Source: Chloroflexi bacterium ADurb.Bin325
GTDB lineage: Bacteria > Chloroflexota > Anaerolineae > CG2-30-64-16
Direction of reading: 5' to 3'
Assembly: GCA_002068935.1 (NCBI GenBank)
Contig: MWBF01000001.1
Location: forward strand, 1-58,561
DNA length: 58,561 nt
Part shown: one piece after another, positions 7,807 to 17,744 of the stretch
How positions within the stretch are numbered: the stretch's first letter is position 1
Layout: the number at the start of each line of letters is the position of its first letter
Made by a program: the position numbers and the translations under genes
Notes under the pieces: generated by a model
The model's database searches: none
What the model saw: only the letters and a program-made list of their open reading frames with translations
What the model was told of the DNA's origin: nothing

Positions 7807-10071
7807 TCAGCGCCCTGTTTCCTCGCCCGTCTGCGCGGACGGCACGAGGATCGTGCTGATGGCCTGGATGGTGGCAAGCAGGTTGCGCACCGAGAAGCCC
7901 AGCCCGTGCGTCACGGTCAGCATGTTGCTGATGACCGGGTCGCCCGTCGGGTCGCGCGACGAGATGACGATCACCGGGATGTCGCGGATCAGCGGATCGC
8001 GGCCCTTCTCCTCCAACACCTGGAAGCCATCCACCCCGGCCATGACCAGGTCGAGCAGCATCACGTCGGGCTGGCGGCTGCGCAGCATCGCGAGCGCGCG
8101 CTGGCCGTTCGTCACCTGTAGGATGCGATAGCCGCGCGCATCGGCCTCCAGCATCCGCGCAAACAGGTGCAGCTCGTCCGGCTCATCGTCCACGATCAAC
8201 ACGGTCTTGATGTCGTCGCCCAGCGCGGCCAGCTCGCTCAGCAGGCGGGCGGACGCCAGCGGCTTGACGAGATAGCGCACCACGCCCAGCCGCCGCGCGG
8301 CCTCGTCCTCGCCGGGGACCCAACAGCTTACCGCGGGCGTGCCGTAGGGCAGCGCGGTCAGCGCGCTCGGCGGGACGGCCTCGAGGGGTGAGGCGTTGAC
8401 GACGAGCGCCTGCGCGGGGGAGCGGCTCAGCTCCTCGACGGCGGCCTCGATGGTGCGCACGACGGTGCACTCCACGTCGGGCAGATAGCGCGTCAGCAGG
8501 CGCTGGAGCGTCTCCTCCTTCTCCAGCACGACCAGCCGCGGCGTCAGCCTGGAGGGCGGCAGCCGCGCGGGCCGCGTACGCGCCAGGAAGCCCATCTCGT
8601 CGTCCGGCGTGAGCGCGCGGCGCACCCCCGCGACGGCCTCGTCGGACAGGGGCAGCTCCACCGGCAGCGCAAAGCTGATGCGCGTACCCGTGCCGTTGGC
8701 GCCACCGCCCGCAGGTTCGAGCGGGCTTTCCAGCCACATGCGGCCCCCGTGCATCTCCACGAACTGCTTGCTGATGGTGAGACCCAGCCCGCTGCCGCCG
8801 TAGCGCCGCCGCGTCGTGCTGTCCACCTGCTGGAACGGCGCAAAGATGCGCGCCTGATCCTTCACGGCGATGCCGGGGCCGGTGTCCGCGGCGCTGATGA
8901 TGATCTCGTTGCCCGTGCGCTCGCACCTGATATCGACCCCGCCGCGCTCGGTGAACCGGCCCGCGTTGCTCAACAGATTGATGAGCACCTCGCGGATGCG
9001 CGTCTCATCGCAGAAGACCTGCGGCAGGTGCGGCTCCACGGCGGCGCGCAGATAGAGGCCCTTGGAGTCGAAGAGCGCCCTCACCGCGGCCATCGCGGCC
9101 TCGATGACGTCCGCCAGCGCGGTCCACTCGCGGTTGAGCGCCATGCGGCCCGCCTCGACCTGGCTCAGATCGAGCACGTCGTTGACCAGGTCCGCGAGGT
9201 GCTGGCTGTTGCGCCGCACGGCCGCGATATCGGTCAGCAGCGACGCGGGCAGCCGGCCGCCGTAGACCTGGGGCGACCGCGCGATGATGTCGGTGAAGCC
9301 GATGATCATGTTGAGCGGCGTGCGCAGCTCGTGGCTGACGTTGGCGACGAACTCCGCCTTGGCCTGCCGCGCCTCCTCGGCGATGCGCTGGAGGGCCTTC
9401 AGCCGATCCGACAGCCGGGCCAGCTCGCGGTTGGCCTTGAGCAGGTCTTCACGCGCCATTATCAGCTCCAGCCGCTGCTCGCGCGCCTCCTCCAGGTGGC
9501 GGTTGGCCTGCTCGAAGCCGGAGAGGGACCATTCGGTCACGGCGAGCAGCGGTCCGACGACCGCGCGGCCCAATAGGCCGGCGAATGCGCCCGCGATGGG
9601 GATGGCGAGGGCCAGCGCGGGCGGCAGCGGCAGGCCGAACGCGGGGGAGGCCGCCCACCACGCGGCCGCGAGCACGGCCGCCTCGCTCAGCAGCGCGCCG
9701 GCCCAGCCCACCGTGACCATTGCGACCAGCGGCAGCAGCGCGAACGTCAAGGCCACATACGGCTGGTCGAGCAGGCGCATGGCCAGCGTCAGCGCGACGG
9801 CCAGCCCGCTCTGCCAGACCAGTTGCGCCAGCGCGTAGCGGCGGGCCAGGAGCCGGTATGCGGCCAGGCTGCTCGCGGCGAGGATGAGCATGGACGCGAA
9901 CATGCGCATCATCACGCGGCTCTCGCTGTTGCCCGACAGCACGATGGCGATGGCGAGGAGGAACGTGCTGCTGAGGATCAGGATGTTGCGCGCCGTGGAC
10001 TGCATGAGGTCGGCGGCCGTGTCCGCAGAGGCAAGCTGCGAGCGCGGCCCGGACCGTGTCACCTGCCACAT
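7807..10071 (-). CDS. membrane hybrid sensor histidine kinase with an internal pseudo-receiver and a C-terminal receiver
   Basis: Multi-TM N-terminus and coiled coil, then H-box VSHELRTPLNMIIGF and HATPase_c (DTGPGI, GGSGLGLTISKQFV). A receiver-like segment lacks the acidic pocket (LVVLEKEE...). A canonical receiver follows (VLIVDDEPDE ... MLLDLVMAGVDG ... VISS). GGAGG lies 5 nt before the ATG at 10071. Confidence 0.85.
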   Translation of the reverse strand: MWQVTRSGPRSQLASADTAADLMQSTARNILILSSTFLLAIAIVLSGNSESRVMMRMFASMLILAASSLAAYRLLARRYALAQLVWQSGLAVALTLAMRLLDQPYVALTFALLPLVAMVTVGWAGALLSEAAVLAAAWWAASPAFGLPLPPALALAIPIAGAFAGLLGRAVVGPLLAVTEWSLSGFEQANRHLEEAREQRLELIMAREDLLKANRELARLSDRLKALQRIAEEARQAKAEFVANVSHELRTPLNMIIGFTDIIARSPQVYGGRLPASLLTDIAAVRRNSQHLADLVNDVLDLSQVEAGRMALNREWTALADVIEAAMAAVRALFDSKGLYLRAAVEPHLPQVFCDETRIREVLINLLSNAGRFTERGGVDIRCERTGNEIIISAADTGPGIAVKDQARIFAPFQQVDSTTRRRYGGSGLGLTISKQFVEMHGGRMWLESPLEPAGGGANGTGTRISFALPVELPLSDEAVAGVRRALTPDDEMGFLARTRPARLPPSRLTPRLVVLEKEETLQRLLTRYLPDVECTVVRTIEAAVEELSRSPAQALVVNASPLEAVPPSALTALPYGTPAVSCWVPGEDEAARRLGVVRYLVKPLASARLLSELAALGDDIKTVLIVDDEPDELHLFARMLEADARGYRILQVTNGQRALAMLRSRQPDVMLLDLVMAGVDGFQVLEEKGRDPLIRDIPVIVISSRDPTGDPVISNMLTVTHGLGFSVRNLLATIQAISTILVPSAQTGEETGR

Positions 10072-10121
10072 AAGGGCCTCCGCCGGATGGATGCTGGGGA
10101 TATTCTAGCGCACGGCGGAGA

Positions 10122-10177
10122 TTAAATAAAACGGGCTGCCCGCGACCGGCCGTCAGAGCCGGCGCCGCAGGCAGCCC
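10122..10177 (-). terminator. candidate intrinsic terminator after the solute-binding protein gene
   Basis: On the minus strand the GGGCTGCC / GGCAGCCC stem (10170-10177 pairs with 10133-10140) is followed by GTTTTATTT. It lies 44 nt downstream of the stop at 10221. Confidence 0.45.
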
Positions 10178-10220
10178 GCGGGCGCGGGGCGCACCCTCAG
10201 ATACGCCCCGCATCCGGGTT

Positions 10221-11969
10221 CTACTTCTTGTACTTCGCGTCGTACGCGTCCTGGTAGATCTTCAGGAAGGCGGTCAGCCCGGAGTCGTTCAGGTTCTTGA
10301 CATAGGCGTCCCAGTCCTTCTCCACGTCGGCCTTGCCGGTGACGAAGTTGGCGAACCACTCGTCCACCGCGTTGTACACCGTCGTGCTGAGCTCGCCGAA
10401 CTGCCTGGACTGCTCCACGGTGAAGACGAGCGGAGGCACGGCCTTATCGGAGGTGGCGTACGGCTCCATCAGGTCCTTGGTCCAGTCGTACAGCCAGCGC
10501 TCGAGCGGGTCGTCGGGGTTGAAGGCCTGCGCATTGCGGTACTCGTTCGTGCGGAAGGTCGGCGCGGTCTGCATCCAGTTGCGGTTGTGCGGATCGCCTT
10601 CCCAGGTCTGCAGAACGGTGTAGAGGGCCTTGCCGTGAGCGATGGACTCGGTGCCTTCCGGCGAGCGGATCCAGTCCTCGCCCTCGACGCCGAAGACCGA
10701 GCGGGTCGTCGCATCGAAGCTGTACATCAGGTCGAGCATGCGGAAGGCCGCCTCGGGGTTCTTGGCAACCTTGGTGATGACGAAGTTGGCATGGCCGCCG
10801 GTCGGCTGATAGACCGTGCGCGGGGTCTGCTGCATGCCGCTCGGCCCCTTGAGCGGGGCGATGGGCGTGTATTCCTTCCAACGGCCGCTGGGGCCGCCGT
10901 TCTGCGTGAAGACCCCGTACCAGCCCGCGCTGACCGCGCCCAGGATCGGCGTCTCGGCCTCGCCGAGCTGCCGGATCTGCGCGCTGTCGTTGGTGAACGC
11001 CTGCGGGTCGATCAGCCCCTCGGAGTAGAGCCGCGCCAGATACTTCAGGCCCTCCTGGTAGCCCGGCTCGACGAAGGCCGCCTTGACCGTGCCGTCCTCC
11101 AGGATCAACTGGCGCGCGCCGTTGGGGGTGACATAGTCGTTGTAGACGAAGGAGTTCATCAGGAAGTGGTCGATCGGGGAGCGCCAGCCGCCGTTCGCCA
11201 GCTTCGTGCCCGACAGGGGGATCTCGTCCGCCTTGCCGTTGCCGTTCGGGTCCTGGGTTTTGAACGCGATGAGCATCTGCTCGAACTCATCGGTCGTGGT
11301 CGGAATCTTCAGGCCGAGCTTATCGAGCCACGGCTGGTACACCCACATCTTCTGCGACATCGAGCAGTGGTAGCAGTCGTTGTAGTGGGGCATGCCGTAG
11401 ATCTTGCCGTCCAGCAGGGTGATCAAGCCCTCGATGGCCGGGTTGGTCTCGAACATCTTCTTGGTCTCGACGCCGTACTCTTTGATATAGTCATTGAGCG
11501 GCAGCGCGATGCCCTGTTCGGCCAGGATCTGCATCTGGTCCAGGCGGATGCCGCAGCCGATGATGACCTCCGGCAGGTCATCGCTCGCCAGCATCAGGTT
11601 CAGCGCGTTCTGCGCCTCGGGCGCAGGCGGCAGGTTCATGATTAGGTGGATGTTGGTCTGCTCCTCCAGCCACTTGGTGAACTCGTTATCTTCGTAGTCG
11701 CTCACCGCGGTGTTCGGGCAGATGAACGCGGTCATGTCGATCTTTTCTTTGGCGACGGGGAATACGCCGGCCGGGTTCACGTTCGCTGCGCTGGCCGATG
11801 GGGCAGCTTCCTGGGCCGGCGCTTCCGCGGCCGGCGCTTCCGCGGCCGCGGGGGCAGCCGCCTCAGGCGCGGCCGCCGGCGCTGCGGGCGCGGAAGGCCC
11901 ACAGGCCGATACGAGCATCGCGACGATGGCGAAGATGCTCAACAGCAAAAAGAGTCGACGCTTGGACAT
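10221..11969 (-). CDS. extracellular solute-binding lipoprotein of a carbohydrate ABC transporter (LplA-like, family 1)
   Basis: MSKRRLFLLLSIFAIVAMLVSAC lipoprotein signal followed by an Ala/Pro-rich linker. It is large (about 580 aa), as in LplA/YtcQ-type binding proteins, and adjacent to two MalFG-type permeases. AAGGAGG precedes the ATG at 11969. Confidence 0.85.
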   Translation of the reverse strand: MSKRRLFLLLSIFAIVAMLVSACGPSAPAAPAAAPEAAAPAAAEAPAAEAPAQEAAPSASAANVNPAGVFPVAKEKIDMTAFICPNTAVSDYEDNEFTKWLEEQTNIHLIMNLPPAPEAQNALNLMLASDDLPEVIIGCGIRLDQMQILAEQGIALPLNDYIKEYGVETKKMFETNPAIEGLITLLDGKIYGMPHYNDCYHCSMSQKMWVYQPWLDKLGLKIPTTTDEFEQMLIAFKTQDPNGNGKADEIPLSGTKLANGGWRSPIDHFLMNSFVYNDYVTPNGARQLILEDGTVKAAFVEPGYQEGLKYLARLYSEGLIDPQAFTNDSAQIRQLGEAETPILGAVSAGWYGVFTQNGGPSGRWKEYTPIAPLKGPSGMQQTPRTVYQPTGGHANFVITKVAKNPEAAFRMLDLMYSFDATTRSVFGVEGEDWIRSPEGTESIAHGKALYTVLQTWEGDPHNRNWMQTAPTFRTNEYRNAQAFNPDDPLERWLYDWTKDLMEPYATSDKAVPPLVFTVEQSRQFGELSTTVYNAVDEWFANFVTGKADVEKDWDAYVKNLNDSGLTAFLKIYQDAYDAKYKK

Positions 11970-12060
11970 GGGTTTTCCTCCTTGAAAAGATGGACCAGTC
12001 ACGGTTGATGCGTATGCTTCGTCGCGGCCGCAGGGCCGTTTCAGTGCGGCCGCGACAGGC

Positions 12061-12981
12061 TTACCCTTTGATCGAGCCCAGCATGATGCCCTTGACGAAG
12101 TATTTCTGCACGAAGGGGTAGATGATGAGCACGGGCACGGATGCGACGACGATCAGCGCGTACTTGAGCAGCTCGCGCAGCGCCTCTCGGGCCGCCATCG
12201 ATTTGATGTCGACGATCATATCCATCTCTATCTGGCTCGAGATCAGGATGTTTCGCAGGATGATCTGGAGCGGGAAGAGATCCTTGTTGGTCAGATAGAG
12301 CAGCGCGGCGAAGAATTGGTTCCAGTGGCCGATGGCATAGAAGAGCGACAGGACCGCGATGAGCGGCGTGGACAGCGGCAGCAGCACCCGGATGAAATAC
12401 TGGAAGTCGCTGCAACCGTCGAGCTGCGAGGCCTCCAGGAGCTCTTGCGGGATCGAGGAGCGCAGGAAGGTGATCGCGATCAGCAGGTTCCAGACCGAGA
12501 GCGCCTGCGGGATGATGAGCGCCCAGCGCGTGTTGCGCATCCCCAGGTCGCGGACGAGCAGGTAGGTGGGGATCAGGCCGCCGTTGAAGAACATGGTGAA
12601 CAGGAAGAGGCCCAGGATGGCGTTCTTGCCCCACAGGTCGCGCCGCGACAGCGGGTACGCGGCGATGAGCGTCATCGTGACGTTCACCAGCGTCCCGACC
12701 ACGGCGTAGAAGAGCGAGTTGCCGTACCCGGTCCAGATGAGCGGGTAGGAGAAGACCTTCTCGTAGGCGTACAGCGACGGGTTGACGGGCCAGAGCCACA
12801 CCCGGCCGGCGATGACGGCCGCGCCGTCGCTGAACGATGCGCTCACGACGTAGATCAACGGATAGAGGATCAGGAGCAGGAACAGCGTGAGCAGCGTATA
12901 GTTGATGATGTTGAACGCCCGATCGACGCCGGTCTCGCGAATCCGGCTTATGGAATGGTGGCTCTCAGTCTCGATGGTCAT
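12061..12981 (-). CDS. carbohydrate ABC transporter permease (LplC/MalG-like)
   Basis: 306-aa six-TM ORF with the EAA-type loop region (EASQLDGCSDFQYFIRVLLPLSTP). Confidence 0.9.
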   Translation of the reverse strand: MTIETESHHSISRIRETGVDRAFNIINYTLLTLFLLLILYPLIYVVSASFSDGAAVIAGRVWLWPVNPSLYAYEKVFSYPLIWTGYGNSLFYAVVGTLVNVTMTLIAAYPLSRRDLWGKNAILGLFLFTMFFNGGLIPTYLLVRDLGMRNTRWALIIPQALSVWNLLIAITFLRSSIPQELLEASQLDGCSDFQYFIRVLLPLSTPLIAVLSLFYAIGHWNQFFAALLYLTNKDLFPLQIILRNILISSQIEMDMIVDIKSMAAREALRELLKYALIVVASVPVLIIYPFVQKYFVKGIMLGSIKG

Positions 12982-13030
12982 GGTTGCGCCTCATGGATAG
13001 CAGGGACGTTGCGCCGGAACGCCCCTGCGC

Positions 13031-14002
13031 CTAGAACAGGCCCTTGTTGGTCAGCCGGTTGGCGGCCCAGTTGGCCGAGACGAGCAGGACCAGGCCGATG
13101 ACCGAGTTGAACAGGCCGATGGCCGCGGCGTACGAGAAGTTGGCGATGCCGCCGGCCAGGCCGGTCTTGTAGACGTAGGTGCTGATGACCTCGGACGTGG
13201 CGAGGTTGAGCTGGTTCTGCATCAGGTAGGTCTTCTCGAACCCGATGTTGAGCAACTGCCCCATGTTGAGGATGAACAGCGTGACGATGACCGGCGTGAT
13301 GCTGGGGATGTCGATGTGCCAGATGCGCTGCAAGCGGTTTGCGCCGTCCACGACCGCGGCCTCGTGCAGCGACGGGTCCACGGTCGTCAGCGCGGCCAGA
13401 TAGATGATGGTGGCGAAGCCGGTGTTCTGCCAGACGCCCGACCAGACGTACACCGAGGGGAACAGCTCGGCGCTGCCCATGAACTGGATGGGGTCCAGCC
13501 CCAGTTGCATCAGGAACAAGTTGACCGGGCCGCGGCGCAGGTCGAGGAAGTTCAGCAGCAGGCCGACCATGACCACGGTGGAGATGAAGTAGGGCGCATA
13601 GCTCACCATCTGGACGGTGCGCTTGAAGAAGCCGGTCTGCAACTGGTTCAAGCTAAGCGCCAGCAGGATCGGGATGGGGAACCCGACGACGAGCGAGTAG
13701 AGCGAGAGCCACAGCGTGTTCTTCATCAGGCGCATGAACATCGGCGAGTTGAAGAAGCGCGTGAAGTTCTCGAGCCCGATCCATTCGCTGCCGGTGATCG
13801 ACTTGCCCGGCAGGAAGTCGCGGAACGCGATCTGCGCACCGTACATGGGATAGTACATGAAGATGAGCAGCCAGACGACGGGCAGCAGCAACAAGAGGTA
13901 AAGCTGCCAGCCTTGACGGATCTGTCGCCATGCGCCGCGCAGGCTGCGCGGCTTGGCAGCAGCCGCCAGGTTCGTCCTGGCCGGGGTGGTGATGGTTGTC
14001 AT
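13031..14002 (-). CDS. carbohydrate ABC transporter permease (LplB/MalF-like)
   Basis: Multi-TM ORF with EAA loop EAAVVDGANRLQRIWHIDIPSITP. ATG at 14002 (the track start at 14008 is TTG). Confidence 0.9.
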   Translation of the reverse strand: MTTITTPARTNLAAAAKPRSLRGAWRQIRQGWQLYLLLLLPVVWLLIFMYYPMYGAQIAFRDFLPGKSITGSEWIGLENFTRFFNSPMFMRLMKNTLWLSLYSLVVGFPIPILLALSLNQLQTGFFKRTVQMVSYAPYFISTVVMVGLLLNFLDLRRGPVNLFLMQLGLDPIQFMGSAELFPSVYVWSGVWQNTGFATIIYLAALTTVDPSLHEAAVVDGANRLQRIWHIDIPSITPVIVTLFILNMGQLLNIGFEKTYLMQNQLNLATSEVISTYVYKTGLAGGIANFSYAAAIGLFNSVIGLVLLVSANWAANRLTNKGLF

Positions 14003-14306
14003 GCACAACCTCGCTTTCCACTCTGCGCACCGAGCGCGATTTCGAATCAGAGCCGTCTGGCGTCGGCGGCCGGCCGCGGTGTCAACGATGGCAGGAATGG
14101 CATGAGGGTGCGCCAGCCACGTGCCGACGTTGCACGCTCCGGATCAGAGGACAGGCCCTGTCCTCGACAGGTCATATGGACAAGTATAACAGAAAAGCGC
14201 GGCCAGAGACAAAATTGTGGCCGAAAAGTGGCCGAAAAGTGGCCGTGCTGCGTCCGCTTGGGACAATGGCCGCGGGCGTGTAAAATGGCGGGCGGACACA
14301 GGCAAC

Positions 14307-15500
14307 ATGATGGCCCTATCCTTCGACACCTTCGTGGGCGATGTGCGCCGCGCGCTCAACCATCTCTACGATCCGGACGAGCTGCGCCGCAGCCCGCTGG
14401 CGGCCGCCTTCGGCGTCGCGGGCGACTTCGACGCGGCCGCGACGCTCCAGCGCATCCTGACGGACGCGGTCGAGGCGCTCAGGCCCGCCGCGGACGACCC
14501 GCCCCAGGCGCGCGGCTGGCGCATCTACGATGCGCTGTTTTATCGCTATATCCGGGGCTTCGACCGGGACGTGGTGGCCGACCAGCTCGGCATCAGCGGC
14601 CGCCAACTGCGCCGCGAGCAGCGCGCGGCCCTCGAGGCGCTGGCCCAGCACCTCTGGCTGGCGCACGACCTCGCGGGCCAGCCGCTGTCCGCGCCCGCGG
14701 CGGAGCCGGCGGATGCGCCGGCCTGGCTGGAAGACCTGCCGCCGGAGCGGCCCGGCGAGCTCCAGGCCGTGCTTCGCGCCGTGCTGGAGCTGGCCCGGCC
14801 GCTGGCCCGCCAGTGGAACGTGCGCCTGGTCGGCCTGCCGGCGGAGGCCGCGGCGCTGGCCGCGCTGCCCGTGCCGCAGACCGCGCTGCGCCACGCCCTG
14901 CTCAGCGTGCTGGGCGTCGCGGCCCCGCGCGCCGCGGGTGGGAGCATCCACCTGGCCGGCGAGCTGCTGGCCGAGACGGTGGCGGTGGAGGTCGTCGCGG
15001 CGCAGGCGGCCGGCCCCCTGTCCGCGGAGGAGCGGGCCAGCCTGGAGGTCGCGCAGCAGCTCATGGCGGTGGTCGGCGGGCAGTTGGCCGCGGAGGCCGG
15101 CGCGGACGGGTTCCGGGCCCGGCTGACGCTGCCGGTGTTGGAGCCGGTGCACGTGTTGGTCGTGGACGACAACGCGGATACGTTGCAGCTCTTTGCCCGC
15201 TACGCGGTGGGCACGCGCTATGCGGTGACGGGCACGCGCGCGCCGGCCGAGGCGCTGCGGCTGGCCGAGGAGCTGGAGCCGGACATCATCGTCCTGGACG
15301 TGATGATGCCGGATCTGGATGGCTGGGAGCTGCTGGCGCGGCTACGCGAGCACCCCGCGACCGACCGGACCGCGGTCATTATCTGCACGGTGTTGCCGCA
15401 GCAGGCGCTGGCGCTGGGGTTGGGCGCGAACGCGTTCCTGCAGAAGCCGGTCACGCGGGAGGCGTTTCTCGCCGCGCTGGACGGGCAGGCGCGCGATTGA
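14307..15500 (+). CDS. atypical response regulator: N-terminal HTH-like region, degenerate kinase-ATPase-like middle, C-terminal receiver
   Basis: N-terminus: LNHLYDPDELRRSPL motif and ADQLGISGRQLRREQRAALEALA (sigma70 region-4-like HTH). The middle segment resembles HATPase_c topology without clear N/G boxes. The C-terminal receiver is VLVVDDNADT ... IIVLDVMMPDLDGWELL ... LQKP. The first ATG pair is at 14307/14310. Confidence 0.75.
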   Translation: MMALSFDTFVGDVRRALNHLYDPDELRRSPLAAAFGVAGDFDAAATLQRILTDAVEALRPAADDPPQARGWRIYDALFYRYIRGFDRDVVADQLGISGRQLRREQRAALEALAQHLWLAHDLAGQPLSAPAAEPADAPAWLEDLPPERPGELQAVLRAVLELARPLARQWNVRLVGLPAEAAALAALPVPQTALRHALLSVLGVAAPRAAGGSIHLAGELLAETVAVEVVAAQAAGPLSAEERASLEVAQQLMAVVGGQLAAEAGADGFRARLTLPVLEPVHVLVVDDNADTLQLFARYAVGTRYAVTGTRAPAEALRLAEELEPDIIVLDVMMPDLDGWELLARLREHPATDRTAVIICTVLPQQALALGLGANAFLQKPVTREAFLAALDGQARD

Positions 15501-15504
15501 CGCG

Positions 15505-15590
15505 TTTGTAGTAGGCGCTTCAGCGCCTCCTGGCTCGGTCGGAGACCGGCCAGAGCAGGGCTTCAGCGCCCCTCGGCGCGAGGGCGCCGG
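15505..15590. repeat. composite of hairpin repeat families D and B
   Basis: TTTGTAGTAGGCGCTTCAGCGCC (family D half) is followed by TGGCTCGGTCGGAGACCGGCCAGAGCA (family B half) and then GCTTCAGCGCCCCTCGGCGCGAGGGCGCC. It fills the gap between two convergent genes. Confidence 0.6.
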
Positions 15591-17744
15591 CTATGAAGCG
15601 TCGTCCGGCGGCACGAACGGCGCGCCGTGTCCGCCGAGACATGGGTGCGCGAGCTGCCAGGCCTGGCTGTCGACGATGGGCTCGCCGTCGCGCGGCTTGC
15701 GGCGGAGGTAGCGGCCGTCGGGCTGCAACACGCGCGCCCGGGTGTTGTTGTGCAGCTCGACCTCGAGCAGGGTATGGCGGATGTAGCCGCGGATAGCCGG
15801 ATCCCTGACCGGGAAGATGACCTCCACCCGGCGGTCGAGGTTGCGGGGCATCAGGTCCGCGCTGCCGAGATAGACCTCCGGCGCGCCGCCGTTCTCGAAG
15901 TAGTAGATGCGGCTGTGCTCCAGGAAGCGCCCGACGATGCTGATGACGCGGATGTTGTCGCTGACGCAGGGCACGCCGGGCCGCAGACAGCAGATGCCGC
16001 GCACGATGAGATCCACGTCCACCCCGGCCTGCGATGCGCGGTAGATGGCGCGGATGAGCCGCTCGTCCACCAGGGAGTTCATCTTGAAGATGAGGCGGGC
16101 GGGCCGGCCCTCCAGCGCGTGCTCCGTCTCCCGTTCGATCAGGGTCATCAACTGCTCGCGCATGCTGCCCGGCGCGACGAGCAGGCTGCGGTAATACTGC
16201 TGCGTGGAGTAGCCGGTCAGCGTGTTGAACATCTCGGTCACATCTGCGCCCATCTCCGGGTCGCACGTCAGCAGGCCGAGATCGGTGTAGATGCCCGCGG
16301 TGACGGCGTTGTAGTTGCCCGTCGCCAGGTGCAGATAGCGGCGCAGCCCCCCTGCCTCGCGGCGCACGACGAGCGTGACCTTGCTGTGCGTCTTGAGCCC
16401 CACGAGCCCGTAGACCACGTGGACCCCCTGCGCCTCCAGCGCGCGCGCCCAGCCGATATTGCTCTCCTCGTCGAAGCGCGCCTTGAGCTCCACCAGCACC
16501 GCGACCTGCTTGCCGTTGCGCTGGGCCTCGAGCAGCGAGCGCACGACCGGCGCGTTGCGGCCCACCCGGTAGAGCGTCTGCTTGATGGCGAGCACGTCGG
16601 GGTCGGTGGCCGCGGCCTGGACGAAGTCGAGCACCGGATTGAAGGAGTCGTAGGGATGGTGCAGCAGAATGTCGCCCTTGCGGATGGCGGCGAACAGTTC
16701 GTCGGACGTCTTGATGTCGCGCAGTTGGGGCGGCACCGAGGGCACGAAGGGCGGGTCCTTCAGCTCCGGCTGGTTGAGGGCCATCAGCGCCCACAGGCTG
16801 GACATGTCGAGCGGCGGCTGGAGCGGGTAGATGTCGCCCGGATCGACCTCCATGTTCTCCGCCAACAGCGCGACCATGTCCGCGGGCATAGCCTCGTCCA
16901 CGACCAGGCAGACGACCGGCCCGAAACGCCGCTGGCGCAGCCCCTGCTCGATGGTTTCGAGCAGGTCGGACGCCTCATCCTCCTGGATCTCGATGTCGGC
17001 GTCGCGGATGACCCGGAAGCTGTAGGCCTGTTCGATCTCGTGGCCGGGGAAGAGGATGCCGAGGTTGGCCGCGATGACGTCCTCCAGCCAGACGAAGCGG
17101 CTGCCCTCCACGACCGGCACGAGCCGGGGCAGCGAGGTGGGCACCTTGACGCGCGCAAAGTGCTGGCCGCTTGGCCCCTTGACCCAGCAGGCCAGGTTGA
17201 GGCTGAGGTTGGAGATGTGCGGGAAGGGGCGTCCCGGATCGAAAGCGAGCGGGGTCAGCACGGGCAGCACTTCGGAGCGGAAATACTCGCGCATCCGATC
17301 CTGCTCTTCGAGGGTGAGCTGGCTGTAGCGCAGCAGGTGGATATCGGCCGCGGCAAGCTGCGGGATGATGTCGTCGTAGAAGCAGCGGCGCTGCTCGTGC
17401 ATCATGGGCGGGACCCGCGTGCGGATCGCGGCGAGCTGTTCGGCGGGCGTCAGCCCGTCGGCCGGGGTGGCGGTGACGCCCGCGTCGACCTGATCCTCCA
17501 GCCCGGAGACACGGATCATGAAGAACTCGTCCAGATTGGAGCTGAAGATGGCGAGAAACTTGGCGCGCTCGAGCAGGGGGTGGCGCGTATCCTCGGCCTC
17601 CTCCAGGACGCGGCGGTTGAACTCCAGCCAGCTCAGCTCGCGGTTGAAGTAGAGCGCGGGGTTCTTCAGGTCGACGCCGGCCTCGGGCGGCCAGGTCGGG
17701 ACCCGGGTCAGGAGGGTTTTGGGAAGCGTGATCGGCGCGTCCAT
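15591..17744 (-). CDS. ppk: polyphosphate kinase 1
   Basis: Full-length PPK1 pattern: YFNRELSWLEFNRRVLEEA, the FFMIRVSGL region, HSKVTLVVRRE and the LATGNYN tandem PLD-like motifs, and FLEHSRIYYF. Probable start is MDAPITL (17744). Confidence 0.95.
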   Translation of the reverse strand: MDAPITLPKTLLTRVPTWPPEAGVDLKNPALYFNRELSWLEFNRRVLEEAEDTRHPLLERAKFLAIFSSNLDEFFMIRVSGLEDQVDAGVTATPADGLTPAEQLAAIRTRVPPMMHEQRRCFYDDIIPQLAAADIHLLRYSQLTLEEQDRMREYFRSEVLPVLTPLAFDPGRPFPHISNLSLNLACWVKGPSGQHFARVKVPTSLPRLVPVVEGSRFVWLEDVIAANLGILFPGHEIEQAYSFRVIRDADIEIQEDEASDLLETIEQGLRQRRFGPVVCLVVDEAMPADMVALLAENMEVDPGDIYPLQPPLDMSSLWALMALNQPELKDPPFVPSVPPQLRDIKTSDELFAAIRKGDILLHHPYDSFNPVLDFVQAAATDPDVLAIKQTLYRVGRNAPVVRSLLEAQRNGKQVAVLVELKARFDEESNIGWARALEAQGVHVVYGLVGLKTHSKVTLVVRREAGGLRRYLHLATGNYNAVTAGIYTDLGLLTCDPEMGADVTEMFNTLTGYSTQQYYRSLLVAPGSMREQLMTLIERETEHALEGRPARLIFKMNSLVDERLIRAIYRASQAGVDVDLIVRGICCLRPGVPCVSDNIRVISIVGRFLEHSRIYYFENGGAPEVYLGSADLMPRNLDRRVEVIFPVRDPAIRGYIRHTLLEVELHNNTRARVLQPDGRYLRRKPRDGEPIVDSQAWQLAHPCLGGHGAPFVPPDDAS

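Noticed and set aside
14035-14060. TTCGAATC-containing stretch, checked as a possible tRNA T-loop
   Set aside because: It has no flanking T-stem complementarity, acceptor stem or anticodon arm. No other tRNA-like cloverleaf was found in any intergenic region.
13316-15511. 731-aa plus-strand ORF spanning a permease gene and the response regulator
   Set aside because: Extremely Arg/Gly/Ala-rich. It overlaps a permease on the other strand and the receiver protein in another frame, and both of those have clear family motifs.
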